Shown piece after piece: positions 39,103-49,536 of a stretch of DNA of 64,000 nucleotides. The position numbers and the translations under genes are program-made. This stretch comes from Candidatus Latescibacterota bacterium (lineage in GTDB: Bacteria > Latescibacterota > UBA2968): contig OZ242010.1 in assembly GCA_965204745.1 (NCBI GenBank), positions 832,001 through 896,000 of the forward strand, read 5' to 3'. The notes under the pieces are model-generated. The model was not told the DNA's origin. It saw only the letters and a list, made by a program, of their open reading frames with translations, and did no database searches. Numbering within the stretch: the stretch's first letter is position 1; each line of letters starts with the position of its first letter.

Positions 39103-39543
39103 GGGACCTACCCCCCTAACCCCCCTTCCTGCGAGGAAGGGGGGAACGGTGAGCGGTTTTGCGAAGGGAATGGCGAGAGGTTTTTTTGGTGGATCATGGC
39201 GTGATCCAGTCGCTCAAAGCCATCAAAACAGGCCTAGATGCAAACCTTCAAAAAGCCATGTGCTCCCCCTTTCCTCGTAGGCACAGGCGTAGCCTACAAT
39301 GAGCGAAGCGAATAACGGGGGCCGGGGGGATAGGTCTTGTGAGGAAGGGGGAATGGCGAGAGGTTGTGCGAGGGATTGTGTGTAAGGGTTTTTGGATTTT
39401 CATGGCGTGATCTATTCGCTCAAAGCTATCAAAACAGCCAGGGAGACAAACCTTCAAAAAGCCATGCGCTCCCCCTTTCCTTGTAGGCACAGGCGTAGCC
39501 TACAATGAGCGAAGCGAATAACGGGGGCCGGGGGGATAGGTCT
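39103..39543. repeat. Two tandem ~210-bp palindromic repeat units (same family as the MITE interiors)
   Basis: AAACCTTCAAAAAGCCATG...GGGGCCGGGGGGATAGGTCT occurs twice. Confidence 0.85.
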
Positions 39544-39834
39544 ATGGCGGCAGGGCATGCGAAGGACACAGCGGAGTGGGAACGATGAAGCGGCGGTAGA
39601 GCGGACGGGCACGCACACGGCGGGGCGGTGAGGAGAAGGGAACGCACGAGTGGTTGGGCGGAGAGGTGAGGCACGCACGGGTGGCGGGGTGGAGCGGTAA
39701 AGTGGCGGTAGGGCGGTGTGGGGTAATCCGCGCAATCCCCTAATCCGTTTAATCCGCGATTCAGACACGGTGGGGCGGTTAGGGATAGGACAATGGGCAA
39801 ATCCCAAGCCATAATCCAAGTTGATCGTAGATCA

Positions 39835-40965
39835 CTAAACCGCGAGAAATTTTGGGTAGGTGGTGAGGTTTTCGCAACCGTTTTGGGTGACGACGACGAG
39901 GTCTTCGATGCGGGTGGCGCCGCGGCCGGGGTAATACAGGCCGGGTTCGACGGTGACGACGTGGCCCGCGCAGAGGGTTTCGGAGATTTTGCCGATGCGG
40001 GGGGGTTCGTGGATTTCGAGGCCCAAGCCGTGGCCCGTGCCGTGGAAGAACCCGTGCATGTGGCCGTCTTCAGTGCCGGTTTCGTAGTTGCGGCTGTCAA
40101 ACAATTCGGTGAGGGATTGGTGGATGGCTTGGCCGTCTGCGTCTGCGCGGATGCTTTCGAGGACGAGGTTTTGGCCTTCGAGGACTGTGTTGTAGATGTT
40201 TTGGAGTTCGGCAGAAGGCTCGCCTTTGACCACGGTGCGGGTGATGTCGGCAAAATAGCTGGTGCGGTTTGAGCGGGGGAAAATGTCGATGATGATGGCG
40301 CGGTGGGCACGCAAGGGGCCGCTGCCTTCGTCGTGCGGGTCGCAGGCTTGATCGCCGCAGGCGACGATGGTGTGGTTGGTGGTGCAGTTGCGTTCCATCA
40401 GGGTGAGTTGGATGTGGCGTTTGACGAGTTCAGAGGTGAGGGGTTCGCTGTCGTGGTAGAGGGTGGTGCCGCGAATGTCGGCATTGCGGATGAGGGCGAT
40501 GGCGACGTCCATCGCGGTTTCGGCGTGTTGTTGCACAGCGCGAATGTGCGCGATTTCCGCCTCTGTTTTGATCGCGCGCTCGGGCCAAAACGCGCTTTTT
40601 GGAAATGCGATGCGGTATCCGCGGTCGCGCAGGTCGTCTGCGATGGCGACGGAAAAGGCGCGGGGGACGTTTAGGTGCGCGATGTTTTTTTCGATCAAAA
40701 ACTCGTGGAGAATGTCGATTGAAGACGGGGTTTCGATGTCGCGTTCTTTGGCTTTTTCTTCGTAGTCGGACAGGGCGAGGACGTGATCGACACGGGCCTG
40801 GGATCGCGCACGGTCGCGTTCCAAGTCGGACATGAGCAGGTATTTTTCCGCGCCGATTTGCAGAAAAATGAAGGGGTCGGGCGCGAGAAAGCGCGTGGCG
40901 TAATACATGTCGGCATCGGTTTCACTGGCGGCGATCATGAGACGCGCTTCGGTGGGATCGTTCAC
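39835..40965 (-). CDS. Xaa-Pro aminopeptidase (M24B)
   Basis: DIFP, YFADITRT, HGTGHGLGLEIHE, TVEPGLY, RIED. Confidence 0.93.
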   Translation of the reverse strand: MNDPTEARLMIAASETDADMYYATRFLAPDPFIFLQIGAEKYLLMSDLERDRARSQARVDHVLALSDYEEKAKERDIETPSSIDILHEFLIEKNIAHLNVPRAFSVAIADDLRDRGYRIAFPKSAFWPERAIKTEAEIAHIRAVQQHAETAMDVAIALIRNADIRGTTLYHDSEPLTSELVKRHIQLTLMERNCTTNHTIVACGDQACDPHDEGSGPLRAHRAIIIDIFPRSNRTSYFADITRTVVKGEPSAELQNIYNTVLEGQNLVLESIRADADGQAIHQSLTELFDSRNYETGTEDGHMHGFFHGTGHGLGLEIHEPPRIGKISETLCAGHVVTVEPGLYYPGRGATRIEDLVVVTQNGCENLTTYPKFLAV

Positions 40966-40975
40966 GGGGTTGGCC

Positions 40976-42421
40976 TCATTTTGGAATTTTCATGGAGAGG
41001 AAGCGGCGGTTGCCATTGCGGTTGATGGAAAACGCGGCGTTTTTCCCCTTTTTGAGTTTGGATATGGCGAGTTCGAAATCGCGGACGGTTGCGATGTCTT
41101 GCCGAAAGGGGATTTGACGCACGCCAAAGATGATGTCGCCTTCGGCAAAGCCGGCGGCGCGGGTACGGCGCGAAACGCGGGTGACGATCACGCCTTTGAC
41201 ATCTGTTTCGATGCCGTATTCGTCGGCGAGTGCCGGGGTGAGGTCGCGGACCGTCAGGCCGAGTTCCGAGGCCGAGGCGGTTTCGCTGTCGTCGCTGGGG
41301 GGCGCGTCTTCTGCGCTGGTGAGTTCTTCGGGCAGGGTTTCGCCCAAGGTGACGCGCACAGTGAGATTTTCGGTATTGCGCCGCACGCTGAGGGTGACGC
41401 CATCGCCCGGGTGTTTGCGGGCGACGAGGCTTTGCAGTTGGTTGGGGCGGTTGACGGCTCGACCATCAACTTCGAGGATGATGTCGCCACTTCGCAGGTT
41501 GGACTCGGCGGCTGGGGTGTTGGCTAAGACTTCGGTGATGAGTACGCCTTTGGGGCGGTCGAGTCCAAAAGCCTCTGCCGTGCCCGCATCGACCTGGGTG
41601 AGGAGAATGCCGATATAACCGCGTTTGACTTTGCCGTGGTTGACGATGTCGTTCATCACTTTTTTGGCGAGGTCGATGGGCACGGCAAATCCATAGCCGA
41701 TGAAGGAGCGGTTGGACGTGGCAATGGCGGTGTTGACGCCGATGACTTCGCCGTTGAGGTTGACGAGCGCGCCGCCCGAGTTGCCGGGGTTGATGGCGGC
41801 GTCGGTTTGGATGAAGTCTTCGATGCTCAGGCCCTTGCTGTCGCGGATGATGTCGATGTCGCGGCCTATCGCGCTGACGATGCCCGCGGTGACGGTGGAT
41901 TCGAGGTTGAGGGGCGCGCCAATGGCGAGCACCCATTCGCCAATTTCAACGGCGTCTGACCGGCCAATGGTTGCGGGTTTGAGACCCTTGGCGTCAATTT
42001 TGATGACGGCGATGTCCGTGCGCGGGTCAGAGCCGATGAGCACGGCGTCGTATTCGCGGTTGTCGCTGAAGGTGACGGCGAGTTGGGCGGCTTCGCCCGC
42101 GACGTGGTGGTTGGTGAGAATATAGCCATCGGCGGTCATGACAATGCCGGAGCCGGTGCTTTGCCGATCCGGGATTCTGCCGCGAAATTCGGGAAATCGA
42201 AAGAAGGGGATGTTGCGCTGCAGGTCGTCTTCATCCGTTTCTCGGGTGATGTTGATGGTGACGACCGATGGGGTGACTTCTCGCGCAATGGCTTTGAAGG
42301 CGGTGTTGTAGGTTTTGAGTTGGGCAATGGCGCGTTGTTCTTCGGCTGTGCGCGTGGCGTGGACATTGAGGGATGCGAATGACAGGGTTGCAATGAGGGC
42401 GATGAAGATGCGGGTTTTCAT
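40976..42421 (-). CDS. Do/DegP-family serine protease with two PDZ domains
   Basis: TNHHV, DIAVIK, IQTDAAINPGNSGG; signal peptide from MKTRIF. Confidence 0.95.
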   Translation of the reverse strand: MKTRIFIALIATLSFASLNVHATRTAEEQRAIAQLKTYNTAFKAIAREVTPSVVTINITRETDEDDLQRNIPFFRFPEFRGRIPDRQSTGSGIVMTADGYILTNHHVAGEAAQLAVTFSDNREYDAVLIGSDPRTDIAVIKIDAKGLKPATIGRSDAVEIGEWVLAIGAPLNLESTVTAGIVSAIGRDIDIIRDSKGLSIEDFIQTDAAINPGNSGGALVNLNGEVIGVNTAIATSNRSFIGYGFAVPIDLAKKVMNDIVNHGKVKRGYIGILLTQVDAGTAEAFGLDRPKGVLITEVLANTPAAESNLRSGDIILEVDGRAVNRPNQLQSLVARKHPGDGVTLSVRRNTENLTVRVTLGETLPEELTSAEDAPPSDDSETASASELGLTVRDLTPALADEYGIETDVKGVIVTRVSRRTRAAGFAEGDIIFGVRQIPFRQDIATVRDFELAISKLKKGKNAAFSINRNGNRRFLSMKIPK

Positions 42422-42520
42422 GGGGATCGACTCCTTAGATACGAGATGGGCGTTTAGCCACAAAAGGCACAAAAGGCACGAGCGGGGTACAACTGGCGAT
42501 AGCCCGTTCAAAGGCACAAA

Positions 42521-42555
<35 letters not shown>

Positions 42556-42908
42556 TGTCAGTCCCCGCCTGACCACCCAACCAGAAATGAGGCACGAGCG
42601 GGGTACAACCCCGTTCAAAGGCACAAAAGGTGAAGGCGTTTGCAATTTCGAGGCTTAGACACAGGACGCCGCGTGATAGTTCCGAGAAATTTTATTGGGA
42701 CCTATCCCTCTAGCCCCATTCCTTCCGAAAAGGAATGGGGGAATCACCTCTTCTCTCCGACACGCATTAAACCATCGTTCAGCGTCACTCCGGCCACAGG
42801 CGTAGCCGCCGCTGGAGTTCAGTGATTCAATCCCGTTGCGTGCTCTCTGTCGTACTGGTCCCTGCGAAAATGGCGAGAGAACGTCTCCCCACCTCGGGGA
42901 AGGGGTCA

Positions 42909-43799
42909 TTACACCCGATGCAAGTGGATGCCCTTGCTCGTTTTCAGATCCGTGATCCAGCGTTTGCACCATTCGTCAAAGCTGTCTTGTACGCAGGCGG
43001 GATTTGCTTTGCTGTGGACGATGAACTCGGGCCAAAACGGCCGTCCCGTGGGCGTGCCTGTTTTTTGAAAGCGCAAATCCATGCTCCAGCGCACGAGGTT
43101 CGAGCGATTGGGCTGTCCCCTGTGCGGGGTGTACGCGCTCATCAGCAGCACGTCGCCGCGCTTCATCGCGCAGTTGACGGGCGCGATATCCGGCATAAAC
43201 TGGGGTTTGATCATCGTGCCGCCCTCGCGCTGATGTTCGAGCAGGCCCATCGGCACCACGCGCGGCACCACTTGCAGGCAACCGCGTTCTGGCGTCACGT
43301 CCACGAGTGGAATCCAGCAGGTGATGATCTCTGAAACATCGGCCTCTTCTTTGGTCACGCCTTGATCCTGATGCCACGGCACTTGCCCGGGCTGTTTTTC
43401 GCGGGCGGGCAAATAGGGCCGAAAGTGTTGAATGGGACTCAGCGTGATCTCCGGGCCGATCAGGGACGCCACCGCGGACAACAAGTTTTCATCAAAAAAA
43501 ATATCGAACATCGGTTTCACGCGCGCGTGCATAATGTCCAACCCACCCGTAAAACCGCGCAGGGCGGCGTATCCCTCGTCGTCCAACTCTCGGGCAATCG
43601 CGGCCAGCCGATAGCGAAAGGGCGCGTCCGCATGCACAGACGAAATCGCGCCTTCTGCCAAGAGGGTTTGCGCCTTCTGATTGATCAGCACGTCATACGC
43701 ATGCTCAATCGGTTCAAAGGCATCATCGTCCAACACGCCCTCCGCAATCAAAAACCCCTGCTCGCGATAACGATCAACCTGCTCTTGCGTCAATGACAT
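42909..43799 (-). CDS. Phytanoyl-CoA dioxygenase (PhyH) family protein
   Basis: PWHQD, WIPLVD, GCLQVVP, H..N.S..R.S.D.RF. Confidence 0.92.
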   Translation of the reverse strand: MSLTQEQVDRYREQGFLIAEGVLDDDAFEPIEHAYDVLINQKAQTLLAEGAISSVHADAPFRYRLAAIARELDDEGYAALRGFTGGLDIMHARVKPMFDIFFDENLLSAVASLIGPEITLSPIQHFRPYLPAREKQPGQVPWHQDQGVTKEEADVSEIITCWIPLVDVTPERGCLQVVPRVVPMGLLEHQREGGTMIKPQFMPDIAPVNCAMKRGDVLLMSAYTPHRGQPNRSNLVRWSMDLRFQKTGTPTGRPFWPEFIVHSKANPACVQDSFDEWCKRWITDLKTSKGIHLHRV

Positions 43800-44082
43800 G
43801 GTCTGTTCTCCTCAAAAAATGGTGGCATCGCGTTTGACAAAATATAGGAGACACCAAAAAAGCGCAAGACAAAGCCTCGCGCTGTGGTTTCATTCTGTCA
43901 ATAGCCTTTGGGTACGGGGGGCACGATCCAGAGGCACCGCGTTGAGATACATTTGGGGCCCCCTCCCGAAAATTGACACAGTTACAAGCCACGCAACTCG
44001 GTCGAGGGGTTTATCGGGAGAATAGAGCCTATCGCAGAATATTCTCTCTGATAAAAATGAGAAGCGTTCCACAGTTTCGCAC

Positions 44083-44358
44083 TCAAAGGGATGGCGACAA
44101 AGCGATCTGAGCGGCGGTTTTTCTTTCCTCGCAGAAATACATCGCCTTGAACCGTTCCAGTTGCTTGATTTTATCGATCAAGCCTCGTTCTCGCTGTGAG
44201 TTCGCCACATTGCGGACGAGGGACTTCGCATCCACTTCGGTCAATCGCAAAACCAAGTAATTCGCTATCGCAGAAAACACCGAGACGTCGAAGTCCCGCG
44301 CTTCTTGCGAGGCGAGCACCAGCGAAATCCCGTACTTCCGGCATTCCTTCGTCCATAT
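44083..44358 (-). pseudogene. C-terminal remnant of HerA/VirB4-like ATPase
   Basis: KECRKYGISLVLASQ...N; no Walker motifs upstream. Confidence 0.65.
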
Positions 44359-44364
44359 CCAACT

Positions 44365-44451
44365 CGTACTGGCAAGCTGAGAAGGCCGTATTTTTCTTCG
44401 TAAAGCGTGAGACGACGTTCGAGTTGCTTCAGCGAGTTCGTGCAGTTCCAT
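44365..44451 (-). pseudogene. Truncated, frameshifted duplicate of the 48733-49002 antitoxin-like gene
   Basis: 44376-44507 is nearly identical to 48919-49058. Confidence 0.8.
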
Positions 44452-44464
44452 CGCGTTTCTCCTT

Positions 44465-45871
44465 TCAAGCATTTTCATTCTGCGTTGGCACCGTTGACAT
44501 AGCTTTGTTGTATTCAGCGATCCACTTTTCGGCTTCTTCTTTAGAGTAGGTTCCGGTAATGGCACCGCTGTTTTCTGGCAATTGAGAGCTTGGCGGCTTG
44601 CCAATATGGGGCTTCAATTCCTCTCGCAATTTTTTTTCTCTATCATCAGACAAGCCTTCGACGATGGAATCCACTATTCCCTGGCTCAATCCACCTTCGA
44701 AAATCACTCCCGATGTATCCGTTTCTTTGCCTATTGATTCCCTGATGCGATCTTCAAAAGAGGATCTGAAGTACCGTCTATCTTCACATCTGACTCCTTT
44801 TAGGTTCGCCTTCCAAAGCGTAGCCTCTTGCATTTGTGCTCTTCCAAGATTCGTTCCTTGCAGGTTCGCCTCCCAAAGATGTGCTCCTTGCAGGTTCGCC
44901 TTCCAAAGATCAACCCCTTGCAGGTTCGCCTTCCAAAGATTCGCTCCTTGCAGGTTCGCCTTCCAAAGATTCGCTCCTTGTAGGTTCGCATACCGAAGAT
45001 CCTCTCCTTGCAGGTTCGCCTCCCAAAGATTCGCTCCTTGCAGGTTCGTAGCCAAAAGTTTCGCTCCTTGCAGGTTCGCCTTCCAAAGTTTCGCTTCTTG
45101 CAGGTTCGCCTCCCAAAGATTCGCTCCTTGCAGATTCACATCCCAAAGATCAGTCCCTTGCAAGTGCGCCTTCCGAAGATCCGATCCTTGCAGATAGGCT
45201 CTGGTCAAAACAGCCTTCTCTAGACGCGCTTCCCTAAGATCAGCACCGTGTAGCCAACTTCCCTGCAAGTTGATGCGGCAACCTTTGAAAATTTCATGCT
45301 CCTGCACAAACAGCAGGGTCAATAGGCTCTGGACTTCCTCCGATGGCTTTGATTGATGCGGTTCCTGATACGCGCTTTCACCTGTGGTTTGGCGGATATG
45401 GGCGCAGAGAATGTCGAGCACGGTTTGGCACAACTCTGGGGTATCTTTCGCCAAATGGCAGAGTTCGTATGCCCCGCCCAAGCGCACAGAGTCCTTATCA
45501 TGTCCCAAGTGTTCAATGGCATTTTTCATGCGCTCCTGCCGCAACACCTGTTCGGTGTTCATCACGGCGTCGGCCTGCGCTTTTGCGGTATCCTCCATCG
45601 CCTTGGCGCGCTTGTAGGACATCAAGGCTTGTAAAGCGATCAGGACGCCACCCATGCCGATTCCGATAAATTTCAGAACCTCGGATTTTGAAGATAAACC
45701 GAGAAGTTCAAAAGTCCAGGCTTTGACATCATCCCTAACCATGACCATCACAAAAATTATTGCCAAAATTATTGCCAACGAAACAAGTAGAAAGATAAGC
45801 GTGTTCTGAAGGGAAAAGTGTTTCTTAAGCCACTGTTTCGAGGTGGATATGAAATGTCGCATCCTTGCCAT
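44465..45871 (-). CDS. Membrane-anchored pentapeptide-repeat protein
   Basis: Two N-terminal hydrophobic helices, AIEHLG...VRLGGAY.L, ANLQG/ANLWK repeats with a 30-bp period. Confidence 0.92.
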   Translation of the reverse strand: MARMRHFISTSKQWLKKHFSLQNTLIFLLVSLAIILAIIFVMVMVRDDVKAWTFELLGLSSKSEVLKFIGIGMGGVLIALQALMSYKRAKAMEDTAKAQADAVMNTEQVLRQERMKNAIEHLGHDKDSVRLGGAYELCHLAKDTPELCQTVLDILCAHIRQTTGESAYQEPHQSKPSEEVQSLLTLLFVQEHEIFKGCRINLQGSWLHGADLREARLEKAVLTRAYLQGSDLRKAHLQGTDLWDVNLQGANLWEANLQEAKLWKANLQGAKLLATNLQGANLWEANLQGEDLRYANLQGANLWKANLQGANLWKANLQGVDLWKANLQGAHLWEANLQGTNLGRAQMQEATLWKANLKGVRCEDRRYFRSSFEDRIRESIGKETDTSGVIFEGGLSQGIVDSIVEGLSDDREKKLREELKPHIGKPPSSQLPENSGAITGTYSKEEAEKWIAEYNKAMSTVPTQNENA

Positions 45872-45926
45872 TGTTGCCTCTCTTTCTGTTTATATGATCG
45901 CACTTTGCCACTGCATCCAACATCCC

Positions 45927-47192
45927 TCAATCGGACAAATCGAGGATCGTCTCGTCTTCGATATCCAACAGCCGCCCCACCTCGAGCAACTTGTCCTGCG
46001 AAATCTCTCCGCGCCACCGCGCTTCCATAGCCAGCGACAAAACTTGCCAATTCAACTCGGTGTCCTGATGCGCCTCGGCAGGTGCTTCGCCTTCGACAGC
46101 ACCGCCACCTGATCCAGCAGGTTCAAAGCCAGTATCGGAGAACGCCTTTACGGCCCGAAGATACCGATTGGCGTCATCGGTCTGGTCGAGAAGCGTTTGG
46201 GTTTGGTCGGCACTTGCAAAATTCAAGCCGCGCAGGCGCCAGACCGCCGCTGCATAGCTCACGCCAAAATGCCTGGCCAAAAGTGCCACATCTACATAGG
46301 TCACATGCTGCGAACGCGCTGGGTTTCGCAACGCCCCTCGAATACCCTCTTCGGTAACGGCATCCACCGCGGCTTCCTCGCGGCGCGTTCCTCTGCCCTT
46401 GCCCAAGTTGTACAGAAAATCCCGCACGCCCTCTTCGGGCATGAGAAAAGCGGCGGCAAAGGCATTGGCCCGCTGTTCGGGCCGCGTCTTGGCGTTGTGC
46501 GTGCTCGTAACCGTCGCGGGTTCATCGCGGTCCATAAGCGCGTGACCGTGTTCATGGGCATAAGAAAACCGCCGCCGCACGGGTGCTTGGGTGAGATTTG
46601 CCAAAATTGCCATGCCGAAATCTGGGCTACTCAGAAAGAGCCCCGAGATTTCATCTGGCAGAGCCAAAGCCGCTGTCCATATATTTTGGTGGGCTAACAT
46701 CTCGGGAATTTCTCGCACGGGTGCTTTGCCCAACCCGAGACGACGCCGTTCCTGTTCGGCCACGAGTTGGCCCTGATCAATGGCCTGCCCCACGGAGCGC
46801 GGAGGTGGCAAATCGTAACGCGGCAGGGAGATACTGGCCTTGCGACCAATCAGCCGTCGCAAGGCCGCCCCTTCTCTGAGCAAGCGCAGGCAATGCGACG
46901 CCTGTTTTTGGACGATCTTACCTTGCAGGCCCGGCGCGGCGCGAAAGAGCCCGACAACCGGGTCTTCCCGTTTGACCGGGATATTCGGATTGACAAACCA
47001 TTCAACCGGCTGACCGTATAGATCCGCAAGACGAGTCAGTTCGAGCGTGGAGACCTGCCGTTGCCCGGATTCCATGAGGCTGATCGCGGACCGCTGTAAG
47101 CCGAGCACCGCGCTGACGGCCTCTTGTGTGATCCGCCGGCTTTCACGTGCAAAACGCAAGCGTCGTCCGATATCTTCAGGTTTAATGACCAT
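45927..47192 (-). CDS. XRE HTH fused to ImmA/IrrE-family metallopeptidase
   Basis: N-terminal HTH, RRRFSYAHEHGH, EQRANAFAAAFLMP, FGVS. Confidence 0.92.
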   Translation of the reverse strand: MVIKPEDIGRRLRFARESRRITQEAVSAVLGLQRSAISLMESGQRQVSTLELTRLADLYGQPVEWFVNPNIPVKREDPVVGLFRAAPGLQGKIVQKQASHCLRLLREGAALRRLIGRKASISLPRYDLPPPRSVGQAIDQGQLVAEQERRRLGLGKAPVREIPEMLAHQNIWTAALALPDEISGLFLSSPDFGMAILANLTQAPVRRRFSYAHEHGHALMDRDEPATVTSTHNAKTRPEQRANAFAAAFLMPEEGVRDFLYNLGKGRGTRREEAAVDAVTEEGIRGALRNPARSQHVTYVDVALLARHFGVSYAAAVWRLRGLNFASADQTQTLLDQTDDANRYLRAVKAFSDTGFEPAGSGGGAVEGEAPAEAHQDTELNWQVLSLAMEARWRGEISQDKLLEVGRLLDIEDETILDLSD

Positions 47193-47419
47193 GGCGCATC
47201 TCCGAGAAGTTAGGCATATATCGCCTGTCTATCACAGCAACCGCACAGGCGATTTTCTAAAAATTTACATAATCCCACATCTATTGTCAATATTTATTTT
47301 TTATGTTTCGATTATCGCACTTTCAGAACAGGTATTCTACACCTGCTTTGGATAATCTATCGGGAAATTGGGCAGAGTTGAGCACCACGTAAGAGGGCGA
47401 GTTCAATCATTGCCAGAGG

Positions 47420-48181
47420 TCAAACGGTTGCCCCATCGATTCTCACCACCTTGAACGCGGTACCGACGCCGCCCGAACCCAGACGCGAGACGATCCGGTA
47501 ATCTCGACCGCTAAAGTTCACGACTTGATCTTCGGTCCAGAATCGGGCCTGTGGTGCGACGACTTCCGGCAGTTCGCCCAACAGGGCCGACAACGCGTCG
47601 CGGAGTTTTTCCAGATTGACATAGCCCGCCAAGCGTCTCAGATCCCCATCAACCGATACCCTAGCCTTCGGGTACAGGGCATTCCCCAGCATTTTGACCT
47701 GCGATGGCGATAGGGATGCAGGCTCATTCACTGCCAAAGCATCTCGCCAGGTTTTTAAGGTGTGGAATCGAACGCCGCGAATTTCTCGGCCTTCGAGCGG
47801 TTTGACCTTTGAGGCGTCCTGCGTGACCAAGAACACCCCATCCACCCTATCGAGATCCGCAATTTTCCGGCGCAGTGTGGTACCTACCTTGCGCGCCTTG
47901 TTCGTTACGCGGTCAGCTTCGCGTTCCACGAGTTCGGCGTTGCGCTTCACCCAAGCCGCGGTCCAGTGCTTGACCTCAATGACCCGGATCCCGGGGGGAC
48001 CGATGGCGACAAGGTCGATTTCATCTGATTGGCGTCGATGGGTAGAGAAAAACATGAGGTTCGCCAACAGCAACCACTCGTCTGCTCCCGGAATGGAAAT
48101 CAGGCCAGCCTTAAGTCGATCAATGGCCTTCTGTTCGCTGTCGTTGGCGATAGGCCCGCAGTTAATGAGGGTTACTTTCAT
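47420..48181 (-). pseudogene. Truncated NERD-domain protein kinase (PglW-like architecture)
   Basis: SE..A, EIDLVAIGP.GI.VIEVKHW; ends just after the kinase Gly loop LGSGGVG. Confidence 0.7.
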
Positions 48182-48317
48182 ATCTACCTCTCTCGCTGAA
48201 GCAGTCCATCCCTTGGCTGAATCGCGGATTGTCGCGGATTTGGGGATTGCCCCGAACGCGAGCAACGGCGCGTATCGCTTCATCTCTTATCAGCCAGTTC
48301 AAAGGGCATGTCAAAAC

Positions 48318-48731
48318 TTAATGGAGAGATTCAATTTCCTCAATGATTGCGATCAGATTGGGGTGGGCAAACTGAAGATTGGAAGCGGGAATGCGATTGT
48401 GTCTGATGTCGGGCGGAACGTGCTTGTGATGAGGAAAGGTCGAGGCAAGTGTGGGGTCTTCGGGATGAGGAAAGTCATCGTACCAATACAGGCGTTCTGT
48501 TCCTCGATAAACTTCGTATCCATAAGACGTAATCAAACCATCTGCAAAATCCAACTCTTCCCGTATTCGCAAACGGGTTCCGTTTGTAAAAGTCGCCTCA
48601 CCTTCAGCCATTCCGGTAAAGGGACTGGTTGACCAAACGCGAATAGTTGACCGAAGAACAGAAGGGCGATTCAGGGTTTCAGCGACAAAGTAACTGTAAT
48701 CGGCAAGGGATTTGAGGGGATTTTCAACCAT
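48318..48731 (-). CDS. DUF6516/TumE-like putative toxin
   Basis: YWYDDFPH...STFPHHKH. Confidence 0.7.
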   Translation of the reverse strand: MVENPLKSLADYSYFVAETLNRPSVLRSTIRVWSTSPFTGMAEGEATFTNGTRLRIREELDFADGLITSYGYEVYRGTERLYWYDDFPHPEDPTLASTFPHHKHVPPDIRHNRIPASNLQFAHPNLIAIIEEIESLH

Positions 48732-48732
48732 A

Positions 48733-49002
48733 TCAATAAACGGGTTGCACGCGCAATGCGTCTGCTGGATCGCGTTGGTGGATTTGCGCGCTGTACGCCG
48801 TCTTGCGGCGTTGCCAAGTTTCGTAAATGCCTTTCCACCGGCTGAAGTCCGTTCGGGTTTCGTCAAAGTCGTCGTAATGCGACAGCCTTCCCGCCATCAA
48901 GAGGTCGTAAAAGTCTTGGCTGAGAAGGCCGTATTTTTCTTCGTAAAGCGTGAGACGGCGTTCGAGTTGCTTCATTTCCAGGACGAGTTCGTGCAGTTCC
49001 AT
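48733..49002 (-). CDS. Putative cognate antitoxin (TumA-like)
   Basis: [13 protein letters not shown]...G.L...DF..W; adjacent to the toxin-like gene. Confidence 0.65.
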   Translation of the reverse strand: MELHELVLEMKQLERRLTLYEEKYGLLSQDFYDLLMAGRLSHYDDFDETRTDFSRWKGIYETWQRRKTAYSAQIHQRDPADALRVQPVY

Positions 49003-49029
49003 CGCGTTTCTCCTTTCAAGCATTTTCCT

Positions 49030-49240
49030 TCTGCGTTGGCACCGTTGACATAGCTTTGACATACACATGACACTAACAAAAATATTCCAAATGTCAACAC
49101 AACCTTGTAGTTGCGCTTTAGCGAGAAAGGCTCCTTGCAGTTGTGCAAGATAAAAATTAGCCCCATGCAGACGCACCTTTTCAAAATTGGCCCCTTGCAA
49201 ACAGGCTTCAGGAAGAACAGTCTCTTGCAAGTGCGCCTTC
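49030..49240 (-). pseudogene. Pentapeptide-repeat gene remnant (paralog of 44465-45871)
   Basis: ACLQGANFE...AQLQGAFLAKAQLQG plus the shared 3' end. Confidence 0.7.
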
Positions 49241-49370
49241 CTCGTTTGGGGATGACTGACCCAAATCGCCTATCAGACTGGACAAACCGTCTATCAAGCC
49301 AAACAGGGCTTATGGGAGGACGCAACAACTCAAACCACCTTCGATACGAATGACACTTGCGTAAGTCCTA
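49241..49370 (+). mobile_element. IS701 3'-end remnant
   Basis: Reverse complement of about 14304-14441, ending in GTAAGTCCTA. Confidence 0.85.
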
Positions 49371-49536
49371 CAAAAAATGCGCTTGCATGAGGGGGTGCAG
49401 TTGCGTAACTTGATCAGACATAGACCGGTGCTTTCCGAGAAGGAGTGAGGGTTTTGGCGAGCAACTTTAATCTCACTCATTTTTGCCTTTGCACAGGTTT
49501 TTTTATTTTTTGTCGCGTAGCATGAGGAACCTTAAA

